From positions 987 through 64,986 of the forward strand of contig CABHOY010000052.1 of assembly GCA_902168105.1 (NCBI GenBank): DNA of 64,000 nt, given 5' to 3'. The DNA is from an uncultured Flavihumibacter sp. (lineage in GTDB: Bacteria; Bacteroidota; Bacteroidia; Chitinophagales; Chitinophagaceae). A program made the translations under genes and the position numbers. Under the pieces are notes generated by a model that saw only the letters and a list, made by a program, of their open reading frames with translations, was not told where the DNA came from and searched no databases. Of the stretch, positions 19,557 to 28,297 are shown piece after piece. Within the stretch, counting starts at the first letter, position 1. Each line of letters opens with the position of its first letter.

Positions 19557-22500
19557 ATGATTCGCAATCTCTTAATATTCTCGCTTAAAAACAGATGGGT
19601 GATCATCTTGATGGGGCTTGGCCTGATGGGCATCGGCTACTGGTGTTTCACCCAGCTGAAAATAGAAGCGTACCCTGATATTGCCGATACGAATGTGATC
19701 ATCGTTGCACAATATCCCGGCCGTGCAGCAGAAGAAGTAGAACAACAGGTCACTATTCCGATAGAAAGAGCATTACAGAATACGCCGAATGTACTGGACC
19801 GCAGAAGCCGTACCATCTTCGGATTAAGTGTGGTGCAGCTGACCTTTACCGATGGCACGGACGACTACTTCGCACGGCAGCAGGTCAATGAAAGACTGGC
19901 CACAGCAGAACTGCCTGATGGCGTAGCGCCTGAACTGGCGCCGCTTACCACTGCTGTGGGCGAGATCCTGCGTTATGTGGTTGAAGCGCCGCCTACTTTC
20001 ACACCTACAGAAATACGCGACCTGCAGGACTGGGTCATCAAACCTGCACTCTTACAGGTGCCTGGCATTGCCGATATCACCACATTTGGCGGTCCGCTCA
20101 AACAGTTCCATATTCTCACCGCACCCGATAAACTGCGTAAGTTCGACCTGACCTTGCAGGATGTGATAGATGCCGTACAAAAGAACAATCAGAACACAGG
20201 AGGTAATATCATTAACCGTGGTGAACAAGGCTTTGCCGTACGTGGTCTGGGAGCTGTAAAAACAGAAGACGATATCCGTAACATTGTGCTGAAAGCAGCC
20301 AATGGCATGCCTGTTTACCTTAGAGATGTAGCTACCGTGGAAGTGGCGCCGCCGCCGCCAAGTGGTGTAATGGGCTATACTATCAATGCTACGAAAACAA
20401 ATGTCAGCAATGGCGTGGAAGGAATTGTGCTGCTGCGCAGATATGAGAATCCCAGTGAAGTACTGAAACTACTGAAAGACCGCATACAGGACCTGGAGCA
20501 GAATGAACTACCCAAAGGCGTACACCTGCACACCCTGTATGATCGCAGCTTCCTGATAGACCATTCACTGGAAACAGTAGGCCATACCTTACTTGAAGGT
20601 GTATCTATCGTAGTGATCATCCTCATCTTTTTCCTGGGTAGCTTACGCAGCGCGCTAGTGGTAGCGCTCACCATTCCGTTCTCATTGTTGTTCGCGTTTA
20701 TACTGATGCGGCTTACAGGCATACCAGCTAATTTATTATCGCTCGGCGCCATTGACTTCGGCATCATTGTGGACGGCGCCTGTGTGATGGCAGAGCATCT
20801 CATACGGGCATACAGAACGGCCTCGCCGGAAGAAAAGAAGAAAGGTATTATCGCGCTGACGTTACGTGCATCGCAGGAAGTAGGCCGTGAGATATTCTTC
20901 TCCGTGACCATCATCATCCTGGCATATATGCCTATCCTGCTCATGACACGTGTGGAAGGGAAGCTGTTCTCTCCGATGGCCCTCACGCTGGCTTTCGCCG
21001 TGATCGGTTCTATGCTGGCAGCGCTTACACTGATACCGGTACTGATCTCCTTTGCCTTTAGGAAGGCGTTCAATAATACGGACAAGCCGATGAAAGAGCA
21101 CCGGAATATAGTGCTCGATTTTCTCTCCAATCAGTATTCACGGATGCTCGCACGTGTCATGAAATGGCCTAAGGCCACTGTTATAGGCGGGTTCTCCATC
21201 GTAATGTTACTGGTATTACTGGGAGGCAGCCTGGGCTCTGAGTTCCTGCCTGAACTGGATGAGGGCTCTATCTTCCTTCGGGGCAACTTTCCGGCTGGTA
21301 TCACCATCCAGGAAAATGCGAAGTATTCTCCGAAGATCAGGGAAGTGATCTCTAAATATCCACAGATATCTTTTGTGATCACACAGGCGGGCCGTAATGA
21401 CGATGGTACCGACCCATTCCCTTCCAACCGTAACGAGATCCTGGTAGGGTTGAAAGACTACAAATTGTGGAGTGATACCATCTCTAAAAAGGAACTGGTC
21501 ACTAACATACGGCATGATCTTGAGAAGGCGATGCCGGCAGTACAATTCTCTTCCGGACAACCTATTATTGACCAGGTGATGGAGATCGTGACGGGTAGCG
21601 CAGCAGATCTGGCAATTTCCATTGTAGGGGACGACCTTACCATGATGCGCGCCAAAGCCGATACCATTGCCAATCTTGTAAGACATACAAAGGGTTCTGA
21701 ATCTGTCAATATTGAGCAGGAGGGCCCCTCAGAACAGATCGCCATCAATATAAACAGGGAGAATGCCGCCCGCTTTGGTATCAATGTAGGCGATATCCAG
21801 AGCATGATAGAAGCTGCTATAGGCGGTAAGGCCATTTCTACCCTCTACGATGGCACCAAACGTTATGATATGGTCATCCGCTATCTGCCCGGAGAACGCA
21901 GCACTATTGAGTCTGTAAAGAACCTGCAGGTACCTTCCGCCACAGGCGCGCTGATCCCAATGAGTCAGCTGGCAGACATTTCTTATGTACAGGGACAGAC
22001 AAACATCTACCGCTATAACAGCAAACGTATGGTGACTGTACGTACCAATATCCGTGGCCGTGACCAGGGAGGTTTTGTGAGTGAGATCCGGAACAAGATC
22101 AATACACAGCTGCATGTACCTAAAGGCTACAGTATTATTTACGGCGGGCAATACGAGAACCTGCAGCGCGCCGGCAAACAGTTATCCATGACTATTCCCC
22201 TCACAATTATCATGGTGTTCCTCGTATTGTTCATATTGTTCCGCAACATGCCGCAAACGTTTGTGACGGTCAGCTGTATCTTCTTTGCCCTGGCAGGTGG
22301 AATAGTGGCGCTGTTCATCCGTGGGTACCATTTCAATGTATCGGCAGGTGTGGGTTTTGTGAGCATCTTCGGGATCTCGGTAATGGCGGGCGTATTGCTG
22401 GTATCGGCCTTCAACCGTTTGCGGATAAGGCCTGATCAGACATTGTTACAAAGTGTTTTAATGGGATCGAGGGAACAATTAAGCGCACTACTATCCATCC

Positions 22501-22709
22501 TAATCGTTGCCATTGCGGGCCTGATACCGGCTGCAACATCTTCCGGTATCGGCTCCGATGTGCAACGGCCTTTAGCAACGGTCATCATCGGCGGATTAAC
22601 CAGTACATTGGTCTTCGCCCCTTTATTGATACCTCCCCTGTATTGGTGGATAGAAAGGAACAGAACGGCTAAACAGGTGGTAAAAGAAGAAGAAGAAGAA
22701 CTGGAATAA
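19557..22709 (+). CDS. czcA: CusA/CzcA-family heavy-metal RND transporter
   Basis: 1050 aa; EAYPDIA, SLGAIDFGIIVDGA, FSPMALT, EFLPELDEG and GSDVQRPLATVIIGG motifs. Confidence 0.9.
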   Translation: MIRNLLIFSLKNRWVIILMGLGLMGIGYWCFTQLKIEAYPDIADTNVIIVAQYPGRAAEEVEQQVTIPIERALQNTPNVLDRRSRTIFGLSVVQLTFTDGTDDYFARQQVNERLATAELPDGVAPELAPLTTAVGEILRYVVEAPPTFTPTEIRDLQDWVIKPALLQVPGIADITTFGGPLKQFHILTAPDKLRKFDLTLQDVIDAVQKNNQNTGGNIINRGEQGFAVRGLGAVKTEDDIRNIVLKAANGMPVYLRDVATVEVAPPPPSGVMGYTINATKTNVSNGVEGIVLLRRYENPSEVLKLLKDRIQDLEQNELPKGVHLHTLYDRSFLIDHSLETVGHTLLEGVSIVVIILIFFLGSLRSALVVALTIPFSLLFAFILMRLTGIPANLLSLGAIDFGIIVDGACVMAEHLIRAYRTASPEEKKKGIIALTLRASQEVGREIFFSVTIIILAYMPILLMTRVEGKLFSPMALTLAFAVIGSMLAALTLIPVLISFAFRKAFNNTDKPMKEHRNIVLDFLSNQYSRMLARVMKWPKATVIGGFSIVMLLVLLGGSLGSEFLPELDEGSIFLRGNFPAGITIQENAKYSPKIREVISKYPQISFVITQAGRNDDGTDPFPSNRNEILVGLKDYKLWSDTISKKELVTNIRHDLEKAMPAVQFSSGQPIIDQVMEIVTGSAADLAISIVGDDLTMMRAKADTIANLVRHTKGSESVNIEQEGPSEQIAININRENAARFGINVGDIQSMIEAAIGGKAISTLYDGTKRYDMVIRYLPGERSTIESVKNLQVPSATGALIPMSQLADISYVQGQTNIYRYNSKRMVTVRTNIRGRDQGGFVSEIRNKINTQLHVPKGYSIIYGGQYENLQRAGKQLSMTIPLTIIMVFLVLFILFRNMPQTFVTVSCIFFALAGGIVALFIRGYHFNVSAGVGFVSIFGISVMAGVLLVSAFNRLRIRPDQTLLQSVLMGSREQLSALLSILIVAIAGLIPAATSSGIGSDVQRPLATVIIGGLTSTLVFAPLLIPPLYWWIERNRTAKQVVKEEEEELE

Positions 22710-22742
22710 GTGGTCAGCATTATAAGGACAGGGGTCATTAAA

Positions 22743-22777
22743 AAAGGGCTGCCGATCTATGGATCGTGCAGCCCTTT
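22743..22777. terminator. Bidirectional terminator between convergent czcA and CsgG-like gene
   Basis: aaagggctgc-cgatc / gatcg-t-gcagcccttt stem with A/T tracts on both sides. Confidence 0.75.
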
Positions 22778-22849
22778 CCTTTATCTTTAAAAACAGCTAT
22801 CGGGGGATGATCTGTCCTGATGCCAGGACCGTTCCTCCTTCCTCCAGGC

Positions 22850-23665
22850 TTATTCGGTAATGATCTCACATTTAACTTTTGCGCCGGATTCTACTTTCTT
22901 TGCAATGTCAGCGCCTCCTTCTTTAACAATACATACGGAGAAGTTCTCGTCTTCCACTTTCGCCACGGCAATCTTACCTAAAGTCTTCTTTCTGTGCATT
23001 TTCTTGCCGTCTACGGTCAGATCGGTTATTTCGTATACTCTGAACTCATCGTGTTCTTTCACCCCGGCTAAACTGCCCGCAACCAGCAATACGCGGATCG
23101 CGTCTCCACTGCTGCTTTTTTCTTCTATCTGCGCAATGGAAACTGCACTTTTCAGGTTATCGTGTATGAACTTGTCGATCTCAGGCTCCAGTCCTTTCAG
23201 TGCATCTTCAAACGCGGTCTTTCCCCTGCCGGCGCCGGTAAATCTGTTGGACGCGATCTCTTCACCACTGGTCACATCGACAACAGTAAGATCAAACAAC
23301 AGGTCAGATACATTGGTATTGGTGATCCCTAAGGGGAGATTGGACGGTTTTGTTTCTACACTGGCTTTCAATACATTACCGGTTATGATATACTGTGCGC
23401 CTAAAGACTTCGCCTGTGCCAGGGCCCCTGCATCGGGATTAGCCTGTCCTACTCCTGTCTTGATCTGCTCCAGCTTGTTCTTCTCCATCAAAGAAAACCC
23501 TCTCAGTCTCAGGGTAGCATCGTATACTGCGTCCTCTATGGCCGATACATGTTCAGTACCACCAGCGCTTTTAAAAGGTGCTACACCGATCAGGTTCTTG
23601 TTTTGAGCGAAAGCAGATGAGAAAGCAACAATGCCGCATAAAACGGATAATACTCTTTTTGTCAT
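22850..23665 (-). CDS. Secreted CsgG/TolB-N-like fold protein with FlgT-C-like C-terminal domain
   Basis: Signal peptide; IGVAPF...LMEKNKLEQI...LGAQYIITGNV pattern of CsgG/HfaB-like domains; C-terminal GVKEHDEFRVY...GKIAVAKV. Confidence 0.6.
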   Translation of the reverse strand: MTKRVLSVLCGIVAFSSAFAQNKNLIGVAPFKSAGGTEHVSAIEDAVYDATLRLRGFSLMEKNKLEQIKTGVGQANPDAGALAQAKSLGAQYIITGNVLKASVETKPSNLPLGITNTNVSDLLFDLTVVDVTSGEEIASNRFTGAGRGKTAFEDALKGLEPEIDKFIHDNLKSAVSIAQIEEKSSSGDAIRVLLVAGSLAGVKEHDEFRVYEITDLTVDGKKMHRKKTLGKIAVAKVEDENFSVCIVKEGGADIAKKVESGAKVKCEIITE

Positions 23666-23692
23666 GGCTAGGTATTAATTTGAAATAGCCGT

Positions 23693-23700
23693 CAAATTTA
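23693..23700 (-). promoter_or_regulatory. -7 box (TAAATTTG) for the CsgG-like gene
   Basis: Exact TAnnTTTG on the minus strand 27 nt before the ATG. Confidence 0.5.
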
Positions 23701-23743
23701 ACGACTATTCCCTTATATATGGTTTTTATTAATAAATAAACCG

Positions 23744-26700
23744 CTAATTGGCTGGCTGGTCCTGCTTTACAGGTAGAATAATGTTAAACGTCGCGCCCTC
23801 TTTTTCCCGGCTATGGGCAGTGATCAGGCCATTATGTTTATCAATGATCTTCCGGGTGACGGCCAGACCGATGCCGGTACCTTCATATTGGTCTTTCGTA
23901 TGCAAACGCTGAAAGAGCACAAATATTTTATCCAGGTACTTTTCGTCAAAGCCTATCCCATTGTCTGTGATAGAGATACATACAAACGGGCCATCGGGAT
24001 CTGTCTCACTGCCAAACTTTTTCTCCTTCAGGCGTGTAGCGGTAATGTTTATAATGGGCTGGACCTCCTTGCCGGAAAACTTAAACGCATTGCTTAACAG
24101 GTTTTGGAACACCTGTCTTAACTGTCCGGGTACGGCTTCTATCGCCGGCATAGGGCTGACAGTAACTTTTGCGTTCTTTTCATGGATAAGTATTTCAAGA
24201 TCTGAGAGTATTTCCTTTATGATCACTTCCAGGTTCACCTGCTCAAAGAAACTGGCCTGTGATAGACGGGAGAACCGCAGCAGGTCATTGATCAGGTTCG
24301 TCATACGGGAAGAGGAATTAATAATGCGGGTCAGATAATCCACCGCCTTATCTTCCATGTTATCCTGATAACGTTCCTTCAGCATATTCCCGAACATATG
24401 GATCTTTCGGAGCGGTTCTTTCAGGTCGTGCGAGGCGACAAACGCATATTGCTGCAATTCGGCATTACTTGCTTCCAGCTCCTGGTTAGCCCTTTGCAAA
24501 GCAAGTGTGCGTTCCTGGATACGTTGCTCCATGATCTCCGCCGCCATCTTCTGCTCATTGATATCGGTACTGGTACCTACCAGCACACTGGACATGCCGT
24601 CCATATCCTTTTGCACCCGGGTCCTGTGCAGGAACCAGTCATATCTTCCTTCCAGATGCCTGATACGTAATTCCATTGCAAAGTCCAGCTTACCCTTTAC
24701 CGCATGCCGCCAGTTTTCTTCCCAACCCGCGATATCGTCCTTGTGGATCACACTCTGCCACCCTTCCTGTTGCAACTCGTGCAATGACTTGCCGGTATAC
24801 ATAATAAACTGCTCATTGACGAAGTTGACAATCCCTTTCGGGTCCGCCGTCCATAATATGAGCGGCATTGATTCTGCCAGAAAGCGTTTTTCCTCACGGT
24901 TCACGGCTGCCAGTTCCTCCGCATGACGCAGGGTTGTAACGTCCATCATAGACCCCAGCATACGGTAAGGTGTCGCATATTCATCAAGCATCAGGTAACC
25001 ACGGTCCAGTACATGCGCATAGGTGCCATCGGCACGGCGCAATCTGTACCCTTCCGACCACTGACTTTGTTTATTGTTCACAGCCCTTGTGATACTGTTC
25101 CTCACCCGCTCGCGGTCATCAGGATGGATGTTCTCCACCCAGAAAGTACGGCTTCCCGTTTCTTCTCCGGCATGACCATATACTGCGGTAAAGTTATCAC
25201 TCCACCAAACGGTATTCCTGGCAAGGTTCCAATCCCAGACAGTGTCGTTCGTAGCTTTGGACACCAGACGGAAACGTTCTTCGCTCATCGTCAGTTCCCG
25301 TGTTCTTTCCAGTACCTTATGTTCCAGGCCTACATTCAGATTGCGCAGGCTTTCCCTTGCCTGTACCAGTTCATTATAATTACGGCGCAGGCGGTCCTCT
25401 CCATCTTTCTTTTCACTCACATCTATACAGGTGATCACGAGATTACCATCCTGTGTTTTTACACCCAGCATCTCATACCAGTAATCCTGCTCCTTACGCG
25501 TTATATGGAACTCTGTGCGCAACACCGAGCCATGAGTAAACACCTGCGCATATTTTGCGAACAGCCCTTGCTCGAGCAATTCGGGGAAGGTCTGTCTGAT
25601 AGAAGGATGCTCTGCCAATACCACCTCTTTCCCCAGGAAACGCAGCCCTTCACTATTGGCTGCCAGCAACCTGAAATCGGTCATCGCACCTTCGTCATTG
25701 AACACCGGCTTCAATGCCAGTATCACATTCGTGCTGGCATTAAATACTCCCTTCAGCAACATGTCCAGCTCTTTGATAGCTGTAATATCCACAAAGGTGA
25801 TCACCACACCGTCAGTCTGTTTGTCCTGACGGATGTATGGCAGTACCTTCATCAGATACATATTGCCATTACTCAGCACCATCTCTTTCTCCAACGTCTT
25901 CTTATGACTGATCACCGAATGAATATCGTCGATCATGCTGTCCTGCTGGATATTTGTAGAAATATGATTGATAGGGCGTCCTATGTCTGAGGGTATCAGG
26001 TTGATCATGTTTACTGCAGCCGGATTGAACTTGCGGATCCGGAGGTTGGTATCAACAAATACCTGCCCGATGTCCGTACTACGGAAGTAGTTGTCCATAT
26101 CGTCATTCAGTTCCACCAATTCCTTGATCTTCAGCTGATGTTCAGTATTCAGGGTATGCAGTTCCTCATTCAGTGATTGCAGCTCCTCATTACTGGATTG
26201 CAGTTCCTCATTCGCAGAAAGTAATTCCTCATTACTGGACTGTAATTCCTCGTTAGAGGTTTCCAACCCTTCGATGGCCATCTGGAGATTGGTACGGGTT
26301 TCTCCCAGCTCCGCCTCCAGCGACATAATATGTTCCTTTACATCTGCCGGTTGATCATGTGTGTCGGGAGCGTCTCCGGGTATGATCACTTTATCAGGCT
26401 CCTCATTAAATACGATCATGGTGTACTGGCCATTACCGTTTCCGGTACCCGGTCTTATCAACAGGTTGACCAACCTTAACCCCGCCGGCGTATTCATTTT
26501 CACGCCTTTCACCATTGCTTTCTTTTCAGTAGCCCATGCCTGCCTCAACGCGATGTTCAGCGCCATAGACAGATCACCCGGCACCATCTTCAACAGGTTC
26601 AGGTGCAACTTCTTTTCCGGCAGTGAGAGATAGTTTTTATAACTGCCTATCGCTTCCTGGATCTCATATGCTTTATCAATATAAACGGCTGCAAAGCCAA

Positions 26701-28246
26701 AGTCTTCCGCCATCACATCCCGGAATTCTTCCAGGAGGTTATTCAATTTCTTATCTGCAAGACGGCTGTTACCGTTACTGCGCATTTCACGCGTCTGCCG
26801 GATATATTCCAGCGGACTGTAAAGATTGTCGGGCAGTGAACTACGTGTAGTATCTGTTTTCCGGTAGATCTTCCATTTCGAATGCACCTCTTCCAGTCCT
26901 GCACGTATCAGTGAAGCAGATTCACTGGGACCTAGAAAAAGGCATCCGCCGGTATTTAATGCAAAATGAAGGGACGACAATACCTGCCGTTGTAACACAT
27001 GCTCCATATATATGAGCATGTTGCGGCAGGTAACGAGATCGTTCTTTATAAAGGGAGGATCTTTTAAAATATTATGACGTGCAAATACGATCAGCTTCCG
27101 CAGGCGCGGCGCGATCTGGTATTTCTTCTCTTCTTTAAGAAAATACTTCTTCAGTAACAGCGGATCTATATCTTTCACAACACCTGAAGGATAGATACCC
27201 CTGGCCGCAAACTCAATCGCATTACTGTCTATATCAGTAGCAAAGATCTTCACATCCAGCCACTTGTTCTTTTCCTGTAAGCACTGGTCAATCAACATGG
27301 CCAGCGTATAGGCTTCCTCTCCCGTACTACAGGCGGTGACCCAGATCTTCAGAATAGCACCTTCCTCCTTCTCATCAACCAGCTTGCTGATCACATGGTC
27401 CTTCAAATACTGGAAGGCCGATTTATCCCTGAAAAAACGGGTTACGCCGATCAGGAAATCCTTCGCCAGCGCTTTACTTTCCTCTTCACTCTGCCGCAGC
27501 AATTGCAGATATTCTTCAAGGCTCTTTATATTGAACTGCGCCATCCGTTTGGCTATGCGCCGCGTAATGGTTGGAGGTTTGTAGTGGTTGAAATCCTGGC
27601 CGCTATGCTCCCTTACAAGCTGAAAGACCTCCGCAAGCATCTCTTCATCGATCTTCCCGTTAAACACCTGTACAGGCATGTCCTGGATGTAATTATATAT
27701 TTCCGCCGGCATAAATTCCGGTGCCAGTACATAGTCTACATTTTCAGTACCGATCAGGCTGCGGGGCATCCCGTCAAACTTAGCGGTTTCCGGGTCCTGC
27801 ACCATTACCATTCCACCTGCTTTTTTAATAGCGGCTGCGCCTCTTGTTCCATCAGTACCGGTACCCGAAAGGATGATACAGATGGCAGCGCTGCCTTTAT
27901 CTTTTGCAAGTGAAAAAAGGAAGGTATCAATAGCCGTATTAGGCGCCTTCTCGGTAGGTTTCTGTACCAACCGCAGACGTCCCTGCTCTATGATAATTTC
28001 TTTATTATTGGGAATAACGTATACGCAATCAATCTCCACTCCCATATCCTGCTCGACCTCCCTGACCTGCATATTAGTGTGCTTGGATACAAGCTCCACC
28101 AGCAAGCTTTTATAGTCGGGGGACAAGTGCTGAATAATGACAAAGGATAAATTGCCATATTCCGGCATATTATCAAAGAATTCATGGATGGCTTCCAGTC
28201 CACCCGCAGAGGCTCCTATCGCTACTATGTAGTTCGCTTTCTTCAT
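23744..28246 (-). CDS. CheB methylesterase-CheR methyltransferase-coiled coil-multi-PAS-histidine kinase fusion
   Basis: CheB triad intact (GASAGG, IIQHL, GTDG); CheR IGVTRFFRD, WVTACSTGEEAY, IFATDID, CRNMLIY; NEEL heptads; several PAS/PAC; H-box ASHDLKEPLR, N-box QVFQNLLSNAFKF, DNGIG and GTGIGL. Confidence 0.93.
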   Translation of the reverse strand: MKKANYIVAIGASAGGLEAIHEFFDNMPEYGNLSFVIIQHLSPDYKSLLVELVSKHTNMQVREVEQDMGVEIDCVYVIPNNKEIIIEQGRLRLVQKPTEKAPNTAIDTFLFSLAKDKGSAAICIILSGTGTDGTRGAAAIKKAGGMVMVQDPETAKFDGMPRSLIGTENVDYVLAPEFMPAEIYNYIQDMPVQVFNGKIDEEMLAEVFQLVREHSGQDFNHYKPPTITRRIAKRMAQFNIKSLEEYLQLLRQSEEESKALAKDFLIGVTRFFRDKSAFQYLKDHVISKLVDEKEEGAILKIWVTACSTGEEAYTLAMLIDQCLQEKNKWLDVKIFATDIDSNAIEFAARGIYPSGVVKDIDPLLLKKYFLKEEKKYQIAPRLRKLIVFARHNILKDPPFIKNDLVTCRNMLIYMEHVLQRQVLSSLHFALNTGGCLFLGPSESASLIRAGLEEVHSKWKIYRKTDTTRSSLPDNLYSPLEYIRQTREMRSNGNSRLADKKLNNLLEEFRDVMAEDFGFAAVYIDKAYEIQEAIGSYKNYLSLPEKKLHLNLLKMVPGDLSMALNIALRQAWATEKKAMVKGVKMNTPAGLRLVNLLIRPGTGNGNGQYTMIVFNEEPDKVIIPGDAPDTHDQPADVKEHIMSLEAELGETRTNLQMAIEGLETSNEELQSSNEELLSANEELQSSNEELQSLNEELHTLNTEHQLKIKELVELNDDMDNYFRSTDIGQVFVDTNLRIRKFNPAAVNMINLIPSDIGRPINHISTNIQQDSMIDDIHSVISHKKTLEKEMVLSNGNMYLMKVLPYIRQDKQTDGVVITFVDITAIKELDMLLKGVFNASTNVILALKPVFNDEGAMTDFRLLAANSEGLRFLGKEVVLAEHPSIRQTFPELLEQGLFAKYAQVFTHGSVLRTEFHITRKEQDYWYEMLGVKTQDGNLVITCIDVSEKKDGEDRLRRNYNELVQARESLRNLNVGLEHKVLERTRELTMSEERFRLVSKATNDTVWDWNLARNTVWWSDNFTAVYGHAGEETGSRTFWVENIHPDDRERVRNSITRAVNNKQSQWSEGYRLRRADGTYAHVLDRGYLMLDEYATPYRMLGSMMDVTTLRHAEELAAVNREEKRFLAESMPLILWTADPKGIVNFVNEQFIMYTGKSLHELQQEGWQSVIHKDDIAGWEENWRHAVKGKLDFAMELRIRHLEGRYDWFLHRTRVQKDMDGMSSVLVGTSTDINEQKMAAEIMEQRIQERTLALQRANQELEASNAELQQYAFVASHDLKEPLRKIHMFGNMLKERYQDNMEDKAVDYLTRIINSSSRMTNLINDLLRFSRLSQASFFEQVNLEVIIKEILSDLEILIHEKNAKVTVSPMPAIEAVPGQLRQVFQNLLSNAFKFSGKEVQPIINITATRLKEKKFGSETDPDGPFVCISITDNGIGFDEKYLDKIFVLFQRLHTKDQYEGTGIGLAVTRKIIDKHNGLITAHSREKEGATFNIILPVKQDQPAN
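26158..26262 (-). repeat. 21-nt coding tandem repeat giving five (S/A/L)NEEL heptads
   Basis: SNEELQS SNEELLS ANEELQS SNEELQS LNEELHT; ttcctcatt/ttcctcgtt recurs every 21 nt. Confidence 0.85.
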
Positions 28247-28297
28247 TCAATTGTTAACAAATAACCATTTTCATACCAATTTGTACCGTTGCTGGTT

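Noticed and set aside
20375-21130. 251-aa minus-strand ORF
   Set aside because: Antisense shadow of czcA.
22684-22700. (GAA)5 microsatellite at the czcA 3' end
   Set aside because: In-frame poly-Glu tail; length change would not shift the frame, so not a phase-variation switch.
22860-23606. 248-aa plus-strand ORF
   Set aside because: Codon-register antisense mirror of the CsgG-like gene.
22850-23743. CsgG-like gene as fifth member or output of the phytochrome operon
   Set aside because: It has its own exact TAnnTTTG box (23700-23693), so co-transcription cannot be supported; read-through is not excluded.
24923-25990. 355-aa plus-strand ORF
   Set aside because: Antisense to the CheBR kinase; no motifs.
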